Positions 19,857 through 29,419 of a stretch of DNA of 64,000 nt are shown one piece after another (position 1 is the first letter of the stretch; each line of letters opens with the position of its first letter). The translations under genes were made by a program, and so were the position numbers. Location of the stretch: positions 28,988 through 92,987 of IMG/VR virus record IMGVR_UViG_3300037258_001195. The stretch is one strand, 5' to 3'. A model generated the notes under the pieces. It made no database searches. It was not told the origin of the DNA and saw only the letters and a program-made list of their open reading frames with translations. Origin of the DNA: a virus.

Positions 19857-22193
19857 TTACGCCCGCTTACCGGCGGCGGCGCCACGAAAACTCGGATCAA
19901 AGATCGACCGTCCATTCGTGCCGTTGAGGATGTAGGTTCCGGCAACTTTTCGCCGCGCACCTTCATCATTCTCAAGCTGCATCGGAGAAACGCCCGCATC
20001 CTGGATCGCCTTCATAAGCGGGTCGCTACCCGCTCCGTCGGCGCCATTTCCGTTTCCGATGACTTTCGTCATATCAAACGCATACGGTGCACGACTGGAC
20101 GTGCTGCGGGCCAGAAGATTATTCTGGGCTTCGAGCCGCGCGTTTTCGATGAAGAGCTGAGCCGTCGCGGCATCGATTCGGCCATCCTTGCCAACCGCCT
20201 TTGCCAACTTGCCCCAATCCTTGTCAAGCGCCTGGATCGGCGGCTCGCGGCTACCACCTCGCGTCCCGGGTCCAGCAGTTGCAAGATCGCTCGGCGATAG
20301 GTCAGTGACGCCAGGGGGAACTCGATAGAATTCATTCCCGTGCGTTGGCTCCTGTTCCTTCTCACCAGATCGTCCCGCCATCTTTTTCAACTGTTCCCGG
20401 GCAGCCTTGGTAAAGGTGGAGACCTTCGACAGTTCTGAATATGCCTTATTCAGCTTATCCATCGCACCAGCCGAGTCGAATTCACCATCTTCCTCGTCGG
20501 GCTTCGCCTTACCCTTCGCCGCCTTCTCCATCTTGGAGATATAATAGGCTTTGATGAGCTTGGAGCACTCCTCGATCGCACCGGCAGCTTCCTTGCGAGC
20601 CTTCGACGCTTTCTTCATATTATCGCCCGCAGACTTCATCCGCATCGCCCGAGTTGGCTGAGCCGCCCGCTTGATTACGTCGAGAATCGCGTCCTGCAGA
20701 GGATCGCCCCCGCTAGTCTTCCTGAGATCGTCGCTCGTCGCTGCCATTTCGAAATCCTCACCTAAGAATTGCATGAGATATTGGTCATCGATGTCAGAAA
20801 GATCAACTGCCTCCTGACCTTCATGAGTTGCTTTCTGACCGATGACCGAAGCCAGAATCTGCGCCGCGGAACCTAGGTCTTTCGCCAGGCCCTTGTCCTT
20901 CATATCGCCGCCTTCACCCTTCGCCTCACGAAGAAGACTTCGTTGCGCCGAGCGAATCGAGTCGAAACAGAATGCCAACGACCCAGCAACTTCCATTCGC
21001 TTCGAAAGCGGTGCGGCGAAACTATCTTGTCCGCCTTCCTGAGACTGTCCCAACGTCAGCCACGACGGGAGTACGGGAGGCGCCGCTCCGTCGTCCCTCT
21101 CAGCGGCCTTTAGGGTCAGGAAGGACGGCACTACCGCCGAGCCCGAAGACTTAGTAAGAGATTTAAGAATTACTTTCTCATTAGCGAGTTTTGAGATTGC
21201 CGATGCGCGAGCGGCTTTCTTAGCTTCCTTTGCTGCGGCTTTCTTGCCCCATTTCTCGGGCAACATATCAGTCGCCCCGAGCGCGGCAGCGCGAGCTTTG
21301 ATGTGGCTCTTTGCCTTCCCTTTGTCCTTGGCACGGCCAAAAGCCGACACAGCATCCCCGAGAGCTTCTTTGTCGGGAATCGGATAACTCCCATCGGGAA
21401 GGGCAATCCCTTTCCCCGCATATTCCTTTCGTTGATCGGACGAGTACTCCCGTTTCGAAATATCTTCGCCGCATGTCGGACAGCCCGCAACTCCATGAAC
21501 GGAGCAAATTTTCGTATTCGCTGCGTCTAGCGGATTGCTAGTCTGCGCGTCAAACGGCGGCTTTCCATCTGCCTTCGCTGTTTTCTTTGGCTTTATCTTC
21601 TCTTGTACGTCACGAACTAATTCGTCCTGACTCGGGGCCTTGGTGAGAAATTCACTGACCATCGCGAAGCTATTGGCAAGTTTCTGAACACGAGTCTTCT
21701 TGGCCTTCCGAAACGCCACTCCCGGCTCAAACGCCAATGCTCCCGTCTTGTCCATCTTTGCCATATTAAACCGACACTCTGGATTCGCGGGCCGGTCGAC
21801 AATGGAGATCTCGGTCATCGAAAGTCGGGTAATCTTATTCGGATCGTTGGGATCTTTGTCGAGTTTCCGCCCCCCGATCGAAAATCCCTTATAGACCTTA
21901 TCGACAACTTTCTTCCAGGCGTCGTCGTCGGAAATCTTCGCGGTCAACCAAAGTCCCTTTCGGTCAACATGCGCCTCTTCGGCAGTTCCAACGGCTTGGA
22001 GCCGATGCATCTCCCGAATATTACCATACTGCATATAATCCGGGAGAGCTGACTTAATCGCCTCAAGTGCGATCGTTTCTCCATCTGAGTCCTTTGCCTC
22101 GGTCGAAGCGTAGCCTGAGATTGTCCTCTTAGCTTCGTCGACCTTAGTGATCGGCAAAAAGAAATTAAGGTCGCTCATCTTAGTCTCCGACAA
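19857..22193 (-). CDS. HK97-type prohead protease fused to a scaffold (with a DUF6582-like domain)
   Basis: GYASTE..DSDGE, IREMH, YKGFSIGG, EISIVDRPANP; then ALPDGSYPI domain and a Lys-rich region. Confidence 0.85.
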   Translation of the reverse strand: MSETKMSDLNFFLPITKVDEAKRTISGYASTEAKDSDGETIALEAIKSALPDYMQYGNIREMHRLQAVGTAEEAHVDRKGLWLTAKISDDDAWKKVVDKVYKGFSIGGRKLDKDPNDPNKITRLSMTEISIVDRPANPECRFNMAKMDKTGALAFEPGVAFRKAKKTRVQKLANSFAMVSEFLTKAPSQDELVRDVQEKIKPKKTAKADGKPPFDAQTSNPLDAANTKICSVHGVAGCPTCGEDISKREYSSDQRKEYAGKGIALPDGSYPIPDKEALGDAVSAFGRAKDKGKAKSHIKARAAALGATDMLPEKWGKKAAAKEAKKAARASAISKLANEKVILKSLTKSSGSAVVPSFLTLKAAERDDGAAPPVLPSWLTLGQSQEGGQDSFAAPLSKRMEVAGSLAFCFDSIRSAQRSLLREAKGEGGDMKDKGLAKDLGSAAQILASVIGQKATHEGQEAVDLSDIDDQYLMQFLGEDFEMAATSDDLRKTSGGDPLQDAILDVIKRAAQPTRAMRMKSAGDNMKKASKARKEAAGAIEECSKLIKAYYISKMEKAAKGKAKPDEEDGEFDSAGAMDKLNKAYSELSKVSTFTKAAREQLKKMAGRSGEKEQEPTHGNEFYRVPPGVTDLSPSDLATAGPGTRGGSREPPIQALDKDWGKLAKAVGKDGRIDAATAQLFIENARLEAQNNLLARSTSSRAPYAFDMTKVIGNGNGADGAGSDPLMKAIQDAGVSPMQLENDEGARRKVAGTYILNGTNGRSIFDPSFRGAAAGKRA

Positions 22194-22224
22194 ATTAATC
22201 TCAGACTACGCAACGCGCGGCGAC

Positions 22225-22467
22225 CTAATTCGTAAAGCTCGCTTGTGAGCCAACCTGGACATTCGGTCGGAGACCCGTAACAAGCATGGTCATCAAGGTG
22301 TTGAGAAGAATCTGCCCATCCGCGCGAAGCGCCCCCGAGGACGTAAAAGTCAAACCGCCCCCAGCAATTTGCGGGGCCGCAGCGGCGACCGTAAGCGTAT
22401 CGCCCGCCTGATCGGTAATAACATAGGTCGTAACGTTGTTCGAATAGGTCGACGTGATCGCAGCCAT
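22225..22467 (-). CDS. Small putative structural protein
   Basis: GAGGAG RBS; T/A/G-rich. Confidence 0.55.
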   Translation of the reverse strand: MAAITSTYSNNVTTYVITDQAGDTLTVAAAAPQIAGGGLTFTSSGALRADGQILLNTLMTMLVTGLRPNVQVGSQASFTN

Positions 22468-23862
22468 TTAAATTTCTCCTCGATTCAGCCGACTATCGGC
22501 CAGTTTACGAACGTATTTGATAACCCGAGCTACGGAATCAGTCCACGTCAAATCTCGCCCCTGCGTGAAGATCCTAAAATCTTCATACCACGGCGTTCCG
22601 ACGGGTGAATCCCACCATCGCCAGCAACGAGTGTACGGTCCGAGCATTACGACTGGCTTACCCATCGCTCCCGCGAGATGCACCACTGCGCTATCGACAG
22701 AAATAACCAGGTCCAATTCCTGAATAAATCGGGCGGTGTCGTAGAAGTCCTCAATGGCGTGCATAGAGTCGAGCATAAGCGCTTCTGCGCCAAGGGCAAG
22801 GACCTCTTTAGATTCTTCGCCTTTTTGCAGTGAAATGACCTGAACGCCAGGAATTTCCATTAATGGAAGAAACATTGAGAGCGGAATAACTCGACGCCGA
22901 AGGCTCAATGTTTTCCCGTGATCGCCAGAAGACCAGCAAAGACCAATTTTAAATTTACCAGGAATTCGGCGAATAAGGGGCTCTTTTACAGTCAAGTATG
23001 GTTCCGACGAAATATCCTTCGGCATAATTTCCGAATGCCGAATCATACTCAGCATGGGTGTGTGAAAGTCAAAGTTCTTCGCATTCGCCTCAGGTGGAAG
23101 ACTTTCACAATCCCAGACCTGAATATCCGGAAAGTTCTCCGCGAACAAACGGACCAAAGGTGCTGCGGTAGCTAAAACGATGCTCCGGGTCCGCGTAGAG
23201 AGCTTCGCCAAAAATCGAACGAACATCAGACTATCGCCATAGCCTTGTTCGTGATGGACTAAGATGCGTTTTTCGTCTAGATTCTCTCCCTGCCATTCAG
23301 GGATGCCAAGGTTCCAGACGGGATTCTTATACAATTCCTCCCACCGAATCTCATAAAGTGGAAGACCCTGGTCGAGGCGCCCTTGCGACATAATCGTTAA
23401 AGCGTGATCGTTCTTGGTTGCGTAGGCGTCGTAACCCAAAGCTCGCGCGCGCACCATCGCGTCTTCGGCGTCAGCGAACCTATTCTGACGATACAGCAAC
23501 GTCCCGTAAGTATGCCAAATTGCCGGATCACTTGGCTTAAGCCGCCTAGCTTCTCGCAATTGCTCCCGGGCGCCATCAATCCGACCAAGCGCAACCAAAT
23601 TAATCGCCAGGTTGTTCCGCGCTTGAAAGTCCTTTGGATCAATTGCAACGGCGCGCTGCCCGACGGTAATTCCCATCTCATGCTTCTGGAGCTTGTAGAG
23701 GATTCCCGCTAGATTCGACAAAACAACCGAATTATTCGGATCAATAAGAAGTGCTCCCATGTAATGGACGCGAGCGATTTCAAATTCGCCAGCCATTTGA
23801 TGCTGGCTACCTTTGAGATTCAGCCCGTAAATTCGACGAATCGAATTATCATCCAACGGCAT
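22468..23862 (-). CDS. TPR-repeat glycosyltransferase (GT9-like, GT-B fold)
   Basis: N-terminal TPRs; W.GE.L..KRILV..EQGYGD...FVRF; LDLVISVDSAVVHLAGAMG; PWY. Confidence 0.9.
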   Translation of the reverse strand: MPLDDNSIRRIYGLNLKGSQHQMAGEFEIARVHYMGALLIDPNNSVVLSNLAGILYKLQKHEMGITVGQRAVAIDPKDFQARNNLAINLVALGRIDGAREQLREARRLKPSDPAIWHTYGTLLYRQNRFADAEDAMVRARALGYDAYATKNDHALTIMSQGRLDQGLPLYEIRWEELYKNPVWNLGIPEWQGENLDEKRILVHHEQGYGDSLMFVRFLAKLSTRTRSIVLATAAPLVRLFAENFPDIQVWDCESLPPEANAKNFDFHTPMLSMIRHSEIMPKDISSEPYLTVKEPLIRRIPGKFKIGLCWSSGDHGKTLSLRRRVIPLSMFLPLMEIPGVQVISLQKGEESKEVLALGAEALMLDSMHAIEDFYDTARFIQELDLVISVDSAVVHLAGAMGKPVVMLGPYTRCWRWWDSPVGTPWYEDFRIFTQGRDLTWTDSVARVIKYVRKLADSRLNRGEI

Positions 23863-23889
23863 AGGAGCAATTCCCTGCGAGGACTCTTC

Positions 23890-24588
23890 TTACGACCCAG
23901 TCAACGGCGCGTTGAATGAGTACATGAAGCCATAAGTATGGGAGGCGTTCGGCGCACTCGACGGCGTAATGGTTGCCAACGTTACCGCCGATGCGGTGCC
24001 AACCGTTTCATCCCCAGCATTCGTCGTCTCTTTAATAAAGACAACATCTTTTGCACCGGGATTCACTGGAACCGAAATTGCGGCAGTCGAATCGATCTGA
24101 ATGCCCGGCGAGGTGCCACCGACAAGACCTGCAACGGTCGGCGCGGAGAGATGCACGATACCTTTCGAGGTAAACGTCGTTGCGGTCCCGCTTGCCGGAG
24201 CGGCAAGAGAGAACACATCAACTTGGGACGTGCCATCATTGGCGAGATATGGAATCGAGATCGTGCCGCCTGTTACGGCAGACGTCCCCGCAGCAACAAC
24301 AACGGCACCTTGCCGCGGAACGTCTGGTTGCGCCGCAACCGAAAGCGTGCCATTCGCAAGCGATGTCGAGCCGACGAATTTCCCGGCCGCCGCAGCAACA
24401 ACTACGGGAGTCATGCCGTAGTTGAAGACTTGTGCAACGAGAAGTTCCGCCCCAGCAGCTAAGAGCGCAGAAATATCTCGCGAATCAACATTCGCCGTCC
24501 CGTCGGCCCCAGCAACATACGTCCCGTAATTGCCGACAATTTGACCGCCCAAGCTCCCAATAAACATTTTCACAGTCGACGAAGCCAT
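23890..24588 (-). CDS. Putative capsid decoration / structural protein
   Basis: S/T/A/G-rich; QPDVPR; lies in the head module. Confidence 0.55.
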   Translation of the reverse strand: MASSTVKMFIGSLGGQIVGNYGTYVAGADGTANVDSRDISALLAAGAELLVAQVFNYGMTPVVVAAAAGKFVGSTSLANGTLSVAAQPDVPRQGAVVVAAGTSAVTGGTISIPYLANDGTSQVDVFSLAAPASGTATTFTSKGIVHLSAPTVAGLVGGTSPGIQIDSTAAISVPVNPGAKDVVFIKETTNAGDETVGTASAVTLATITPSSAPNASHTYGFMYSFNAPLTGS

Positions 24589-24602
24589 AACGTTCTCCTA
24601 AT

Positions 24603-27086
24603 TCAAGCGTTAAGTTGTAACCAACGGGGGCCGGAAGAAAGCCTCTTCTTAGTCTTCTTCATTCTCTTCTTCCGTTGCGGGCCTAAGTCCCTAGAAACAA
24701 GATTCGTTCCGGTCGAAATGGTATCCATCTTCTGGACCAACGCACCTCGACGTGCAACGATAGTTCCAAAGCCTTGCCTAGCAATCGCATGTTTGTGGTC
24801 GCCAGTCTTGAGCCATCGCTTAAACTCGTCCATCGACATCGCGACCATCGCGCCGAGACGTTCTGGACCAAGTCCATCTCCGTTCGAAGCGAAATAATCG
24901 TCCATCACGGCTTTGGATTTACGATATCCAAGAAAGACCTTGTGTTCGTCGAATAATCCGGTCTGCGCGTCAAACTGATCCACCACGAAGACAAACGGGC
25001 TTTTAGGATGTCGGCCGATGCAGACATCAATCTGATCTCCATCGGCGCCCAAGGTTCCGCGGAGATATCCGTAATCTCCGGCCATTTTAGATGACCATTT
25101 CGTCCCGTCATCTTCATGCCCATGGCGTTTCTTCCCCTTCGGGGTTTCAATCGAAATGCTTAACCCTTGAAGCCAAACATGGGCTTTTTTGTAATTTCCG
25201 GCTTTCTTCTGGTGCTTTGAGGGTTTCTGGACATCTTTGGTCGCGGCGCGCAGGACGGAGTACGCGAGCTTGTGGATTGTGGTTGGAGTTCCTGAAGGCT
25301 CCCCATGAGGCCGTGGCGAGCCGCGCTGCGCGGTGTTCTCACCTTTTGGCTGCGGGCTTCCATCCCCCTTCGGCTTACTACCCGACAATTTCGGCTTACC
25401 GCTCGCGTCGTCGCCTAGACTTCCACTACCCGGCGCGAACTGTTGCCCCTCAACTGCCATGTGAAGAGGGACAATTCCCGCCCCCGTCGTAACAGTTGCA
25501 ATATCCCCATCGTCGGCAAACGGTTCTTCACCAAGCTCGGCGCGAATTTCATTCCGAGTCCGGACTCCTTCGTTGATCTGAATTTGCTGAATCTGAGCTT
25601 GTTTTAGCAAATCAACTTCGGGCCGTGGAAGATAGACAAATTCGACATCGTCATAGCCAAAGGCATTTATGATCGGGTCAATTACGTCGTCTTTCCACCA
25701 AGTCATAAGGGGGTAGAGACCCTCTTCCTCGGCAGTCTGTTGTGCGTTTTGCGCCGTCGAGCGATTGGTCTGTTTGATGAATGGAGTTGGACTAACCGAG
25801 AACGCATAACATGCTAGGCGGATTAGCATTTCATCTCTATTGGACCAGAGACTCTCACCCGAAGCGTTTTTAATGTCGAAAGGTTTCATCCCACCAGGAA
25901 CGAAACGGACCTTCGATTTGAGAGTCAGATTCCCCGAGAGAACTGCATCGAAATGGGCTTGAAAGGATGCAATCTGGCGTGGCGTCCATTGATCTGGAAC
26001 AGTCACGATTAACTCGGGCATCGAGCCATTACGCCAAAATTCAGCCTGATAAAGGGTTTTTCGAATCGCCTCGGTCGTTTCGATAAGCATTTGTTCAATA
26101 GGCGAATAGCCGAACATCGGAAGTTCGGGTCGGGGTCGCATAATCGGATAATGAAGCTCATCTTCCGACAAATTAATCATCGGAAGCCCGTAGATGATCT
26201 GTTGAAAGGCTGGCTGGCGACGGATGTAGGTTAGCCCGTCGGGACCAACTTCAACCGTCGTATCGGGACGCCGGCCCGTGTCGTCGATCAGGGGAAAGAT
26301 CGTCGCGCCATCAAGAACTTGGGCATATTGAACTTGGTCCGTTCGATCGCGACTAATGTAGATACTGGGAGCGTCGATGTCGAAGAGATCGAAAAGCAGC
26401 TTTCGCGACCATTGGGAATAGCTCATCTTCCCGTCGGGCTTGCGAAAAACCTTCTTCATGTGCTCGACGCCAATAGAAGTCTGGCGTGGTTTGTCTTTAC
26501 GTTGAATCGTCCAGGGAATCCGAAGCAACTGGTCCATGCGGGTTGATTCGACCGTCGCCAGAACGCCCCAAGAACTCCGCATCGCGCGAAGCATTCCATA
26601 AAGGGCCATACGCTTGGGGACGTAATTTAGATTATATCCAACCGGAAAGTCCCATTCCCGGGGAACGTTGTAATAGGGCGGACCAAAGGGCCAAACTGGC
26701 TCCATTGGGCTATACCAGACATTCGCCATATCAACGTCGTCAATCCACGGCGGCGGCTGAGATAGACGCTCGTCGGCGTATTTGGATCGACTAGGGTAGT
26801 TCTCATTTCCCCCAGGAACACCGAACTGTTGCGGAAATTGCTTCAGTCCGGTTCCTTGGTTTCCAGACGGGCGATTTCGGGGGCCGGTGGGGGCAAATGA
26901 CGATGTGTTCTGATACGCCCGCCCCACCATTCCAACACCAGGGTTGTAGCCGGGGGAGACGGGAATTCCGCGCGACTTAGCGAAATTGTCTTTATCTTGC
27001 GACCATTCCGAGAAGCTCTGACGCGGACGTGGCGAGAATTGATCTGCCTGAAGGTCGCGGAGCTTCGTTAGGAATTCATCATTCAT
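24603..27086 (-). CDS. Portal protein fused to an inorganic-pyrophosphatase-like (InPase) domain
   Basis: LDGATIFPL, FGYSPIEQ, CYAFSVSP, GVRTRNEIRAELG; C-terminal ETPKG..DYGYL.GT.GADGDQIDV..FDEHKVFLG. Confidence 0.85.
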   Translation of the reverse strand: MNDEFLTKLRDLQADQFSPRPRQSFSEWSQDKDNFAKSRGIPVSPGYNPGVGMVGRAYQNTSSFAPTGPRNRPSGNQGTGLKQFPQQFGVPGGNENYPSRSKYADERLSQPPPWIDDVDMANVWYSPMEPVWPFGPPYYNVPREWDFPVGYNLNYVPKRMALYGMLRAMRSSWGVLATVESTRMDQLLRIPWTIQRKDKPRQTSIGVEHMKKVFRKPDGKMSYSQWSRKLLFDLFDIDAPSIYISRDRTDQVQYAQVLDGATIFPLIDDTGRRPDTTVEVGPDGLTYIRRQPAFQQIIYGLPMINLSEDELHYPIMRPRPELPMFGYSPIEQMLIETTEAIRKTLYQAEFWRNGSMPELIVTVPDQWTPRQIASFQAHFDAVLSGNLTLKSKVRFVPGGMKPFDIKNASGESLWSNRDEMLIRLACYAFSVSPTPFIKQTNRSTAQNAQQTAEEEGLYPLMTWWKDDVIDPIINAFGYDDVEFVYLPRPEVDLLKQAQIQQIQINEGVRTRNEIRAELGEEPFADDGDIATVTTGAGIVPLHMAVEGQQFAPGSGSLGDDASGKPKLSGSKPKGDGSPQPKGENTAQRGSPRPHGEPSGTPTTIHKLAYSVLRAATKDVQKPSKHQKKAGNYKKAHVWLQGLSISIETPKGKKRHGHEDDGTKWSSKMAGDYGYLRGTLGADGDQIDVCIGRHPKSPFVFVVDQFDAQTGLFDEHKVFLGYRKSKAVMDDYFASNGDGLGPERLGAMVAMSMDEFKRWLKTGDHKHAIARQGFGTIVARRGALVQKMDTISTGTNLVSRDLGPQRKKRMKKTKKRLSSGPRWLQLNA

Positions 27087-27219
27087 AGCAGGCCTTGCAC
27101 AACGCCAAGCCATTCTGGACAATTAAGGGTCTTAAAGCATCGTTTCTCAAGTACGTAACACAAGTAACACTTTGGATGAATCCAACCTTTTAATTTTGTA
27201 TTGATTATATATGGAATTT

Positions 27220-27490
27220 GGTCTGGGTGTTGCCCCGCAGTTTGGATTTCTGCGGGGCACCCATCACGTAAATGGTCCAAGCGTTGCTCGCTCTCCACAC
27301 GCGGCCGGCGACGGTTTTGGTCCGCTGCTCGGTGTGAGGCCCCAGGAATCGACAGATGATGGCCAGTCCCAGTCAAGGGAGCCTCCAAGCCTCGTTCAGT
27401 CTTGGAGCGCTACCAAACATCCCGTATCTCCTCGTGGTTAGACCTCGGGGTTGCGTCGTGCTTACGCATCGCAGGCACCCGCAAGCGGGC
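27220..27490 (-). ncRNA. Candidate structured RNA between the TerL-side ORF and the portal
   Basis: Run of hairpins including gCUUGc and GUAA tetraloops and a 10-bp stem (27231-27259). Confidence 0.3.
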
Positions 27491-27721
27491 TCAGTGAAAG
27501 ACAAGATCGCTTCCATTCTCGGGCGAAATCATTTGGTCCGGTTCTGTTTCGCCCCGTTTGGCTTGGATTTTTGCGTAACCGACAATCTCAAGATTCCGCA
27601 ATTTCACGGCGCGGAGCTTGTTCTCGACCGCGATGATTGCCAGGGGCGAACCTTTTCGTCCGGGTGCGTAGCCTACGACCATACCCTCTTCGCCGGACTT
27701 GAGCTTGACCAAGAGCTTCAT
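27491..27721 (-). CDS. Hypothetical protein
   Basis: ATGA-coupled to TerL. Confidence 0.55.
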   Translation of the reverse strand: MKLLVKLKSGEEGMVVGYAPGRKGSPLAIIAVENKLRAVKLRNLEIVGYAKIQAKRGETEPDQMISPENGSDLVFH

Positions 27722-29208
27722 GCCGCGTCCCTCGCATGTCCATAACCAGCGCAGCCTGGATGCCAGACAAATTCCCCGTCCGACACGCGATCCCCGGCCG
27801 AAACTGGGTCACCGCAGCGATGACATGTCCGCTCGCGGCGCGGCGTGAGGGCTTCGACGGTGGATTGATAGATTTTCGTCAGTTCGTTCTCGAAATCGAC
27901 ACCGAGATTCTCATCTTCGTGATTCCACGGGAGCCGCGGCTTCGGATCGTCAGAGACATTCTCGATTGTCCGCTTGGCTTCGCCGGCGTAGTAGGACATA
28001 AGGCTCGCCCCGGGCGCGACTTCGGTCAGCATTTGGCGCGCGAGAGCCAGGGAACACACGCAATCGTCGTTATGTCCCTCTGGGGCAGAATATCTAACGC
28101 CAGTACGGGTGGTCTCGTATTCGAAAATTTCCAATTCTTGGGAAATCGGCCCCTCGGGATAACCGATGTCGTGGCCTTGAATAGAGACGGAAAGCCCCTC
28201 CATCAGACGCTGCTTCGAGAGTTGGGTGAAATTATAGCCTGTGAAATTTCCATGCTCGACCTGGAGTTCTTCCAGTACTGGGTCGCCAACTCCGGTTGAG
28301 TCCACCAGGGCCGGCGTGTCTTCCCCGACAATCGCGTGGATGCGCCGAATTGATTCGGTCCAGGGAACTCCGCGCCACCGCTCGAAAACAGCCGTTTGAC
28401 CATCCTCATCGAGGCCAATGACCACGAGATAGTCTTGTTTTTTCGCGAGGTCGACGCCGAAGGCAACTGCGGGCTTGAGGCTTAGACCGTTTTGGATGCA
28501 CGCGGAGATATGGGCAAAGCCGAATGGGTTTCCGCCGTCGTCACTGGCCGCCGCCTCATACAGCTCCAGGAAGACTTGTTCGGGAAGATTTCGCCGAGCG
28601 TCTTCGATTTCCTCGATGTCCAGGACGCCCGCATCGACCGCGTCGCGCCAAGTGATCCGCTCGAAATGTGCGTTGGGGTCTTTGCCTGCCTCGACTCGGC
28701 GCGCCCACTCGTAGAACCAATTCCTTCGGCCCTTGACGTTGCCGATGATAACCGCCCAGCCGCGCGTTGCGGTCAAGGTTGATCGGACGGCATACCATGC
28801 TTCCGGGCGGGCGCGGCTAGCTTCATCGATAACAGCGCCGAAGACGTCTTCGCCATAGAGACTGTCGGGATTGTCCGCCGACTTAAACCAGAGGACTGCG
28901 CCGGTAATTAAGGTGATTGATGGAGTCGGGCTTTCGCGCGCCGTGAAAGATCCCGCCGTTAGGTTTTGCTTGACGCGGGCGAAGGCGATCCGAGCTTGGT
29001 CGGAAACCGGCGCGACCCACCAGAAGTTCTGGCCGAAAGTCCCATTCAGGCCGGCCTCGATGAGCCGCACGATCGCCCCGACAGTTTTGCCTGATTTGGT
29101 TGAGGCTTCGCAAAGAGCCCAACGTTTGGACGGGAATATGGCGCGTTCTTGCTTTGGATATAAATACGGGCGCTCGTAAACGGTTATGGGTGAACCAGTT
29201 TCGTCCAA
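27718..29208 (-). CDS. terL: Terminase large subunit
   Basis: Walker A ASTKSGKT, Walker B VIDEA, nuclease GVDLAKKQD and HNDDCVCSLAL. Confidence 0.92.
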   Translation of the reverse strand: MDETGSPITVYERPYLYPKQERAIFPSKRWALCEASTKSGKTVGAIVRLIEAGLNGTFGQNFWWVAPVSDQARIAFARVKQNLTAGSFTARESPTPSITLITGAVLWFKSADNPDSLYGEDVFGAVIDEASRARPEAWYAVRSTLTATRGWAVIIGNVKGRRNWFYEWARRVEAGKDPNAHFERITWRDAVDAGVLDIEEIEDARRNLPEQVFLELYEAAASDDGGNPFGFAHISACIQNGLSLKPAVAFGVDLAKKQDYLVVIGLDEDGQTAVFERWRGVPWTESIRRIHAIVGEDTPALVDSTGVGDPVLEELQVEHGNFTGYNFTQLSKQRLMEGLSVSIQGHDIGYPEGPISQELEIFEYETTRTGVRYSAPEGHNDDCVCSLALARQMLTEVAPGASLMSYYAGEAKRTIENVSDDPKPRLPWNHEDENLGVDFENELTKIYQSTVEALTPRRERTCHRCGDPVSAGDRVSDGEFVWHPGCAGYGHARDAA

Positions 29209-29232
29209 AACTTTCGCCCGTCTCCCAGGAGC

Positions 29233-29268
29233 AAAAATGGACCGCTCAACCTCGAAAGGGAGCGGTCC
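29233..29268 (-). terminator. Intrinsic terminator upstream of terL
   Basis: GGACCGCTC/GAGCGGTCC stem followed by ATTTTT on the minus strand. Confidence 0.55.
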
Positions 29269-29419
29269 TAGTTCCTGCCCAAGTCCTCAAAGCTGCCAGC
29301 GCAATGCACCAGCATGATTTATAATGAGTGACTGGGAGGGGGAAACGCAAGCGGAATTTTCGTTAAACTAAGAATTCTTGAGTTGGTATCCTCTAATGAG
29401 CATACAACCATCTTCCATC

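Noticed and set aside
27083-27388. 101-aa ORF upstream of the portal
   Set aside because: TTG start with no clear RBS, and it overlaps strong hairpins; a short 3' part might still be coding
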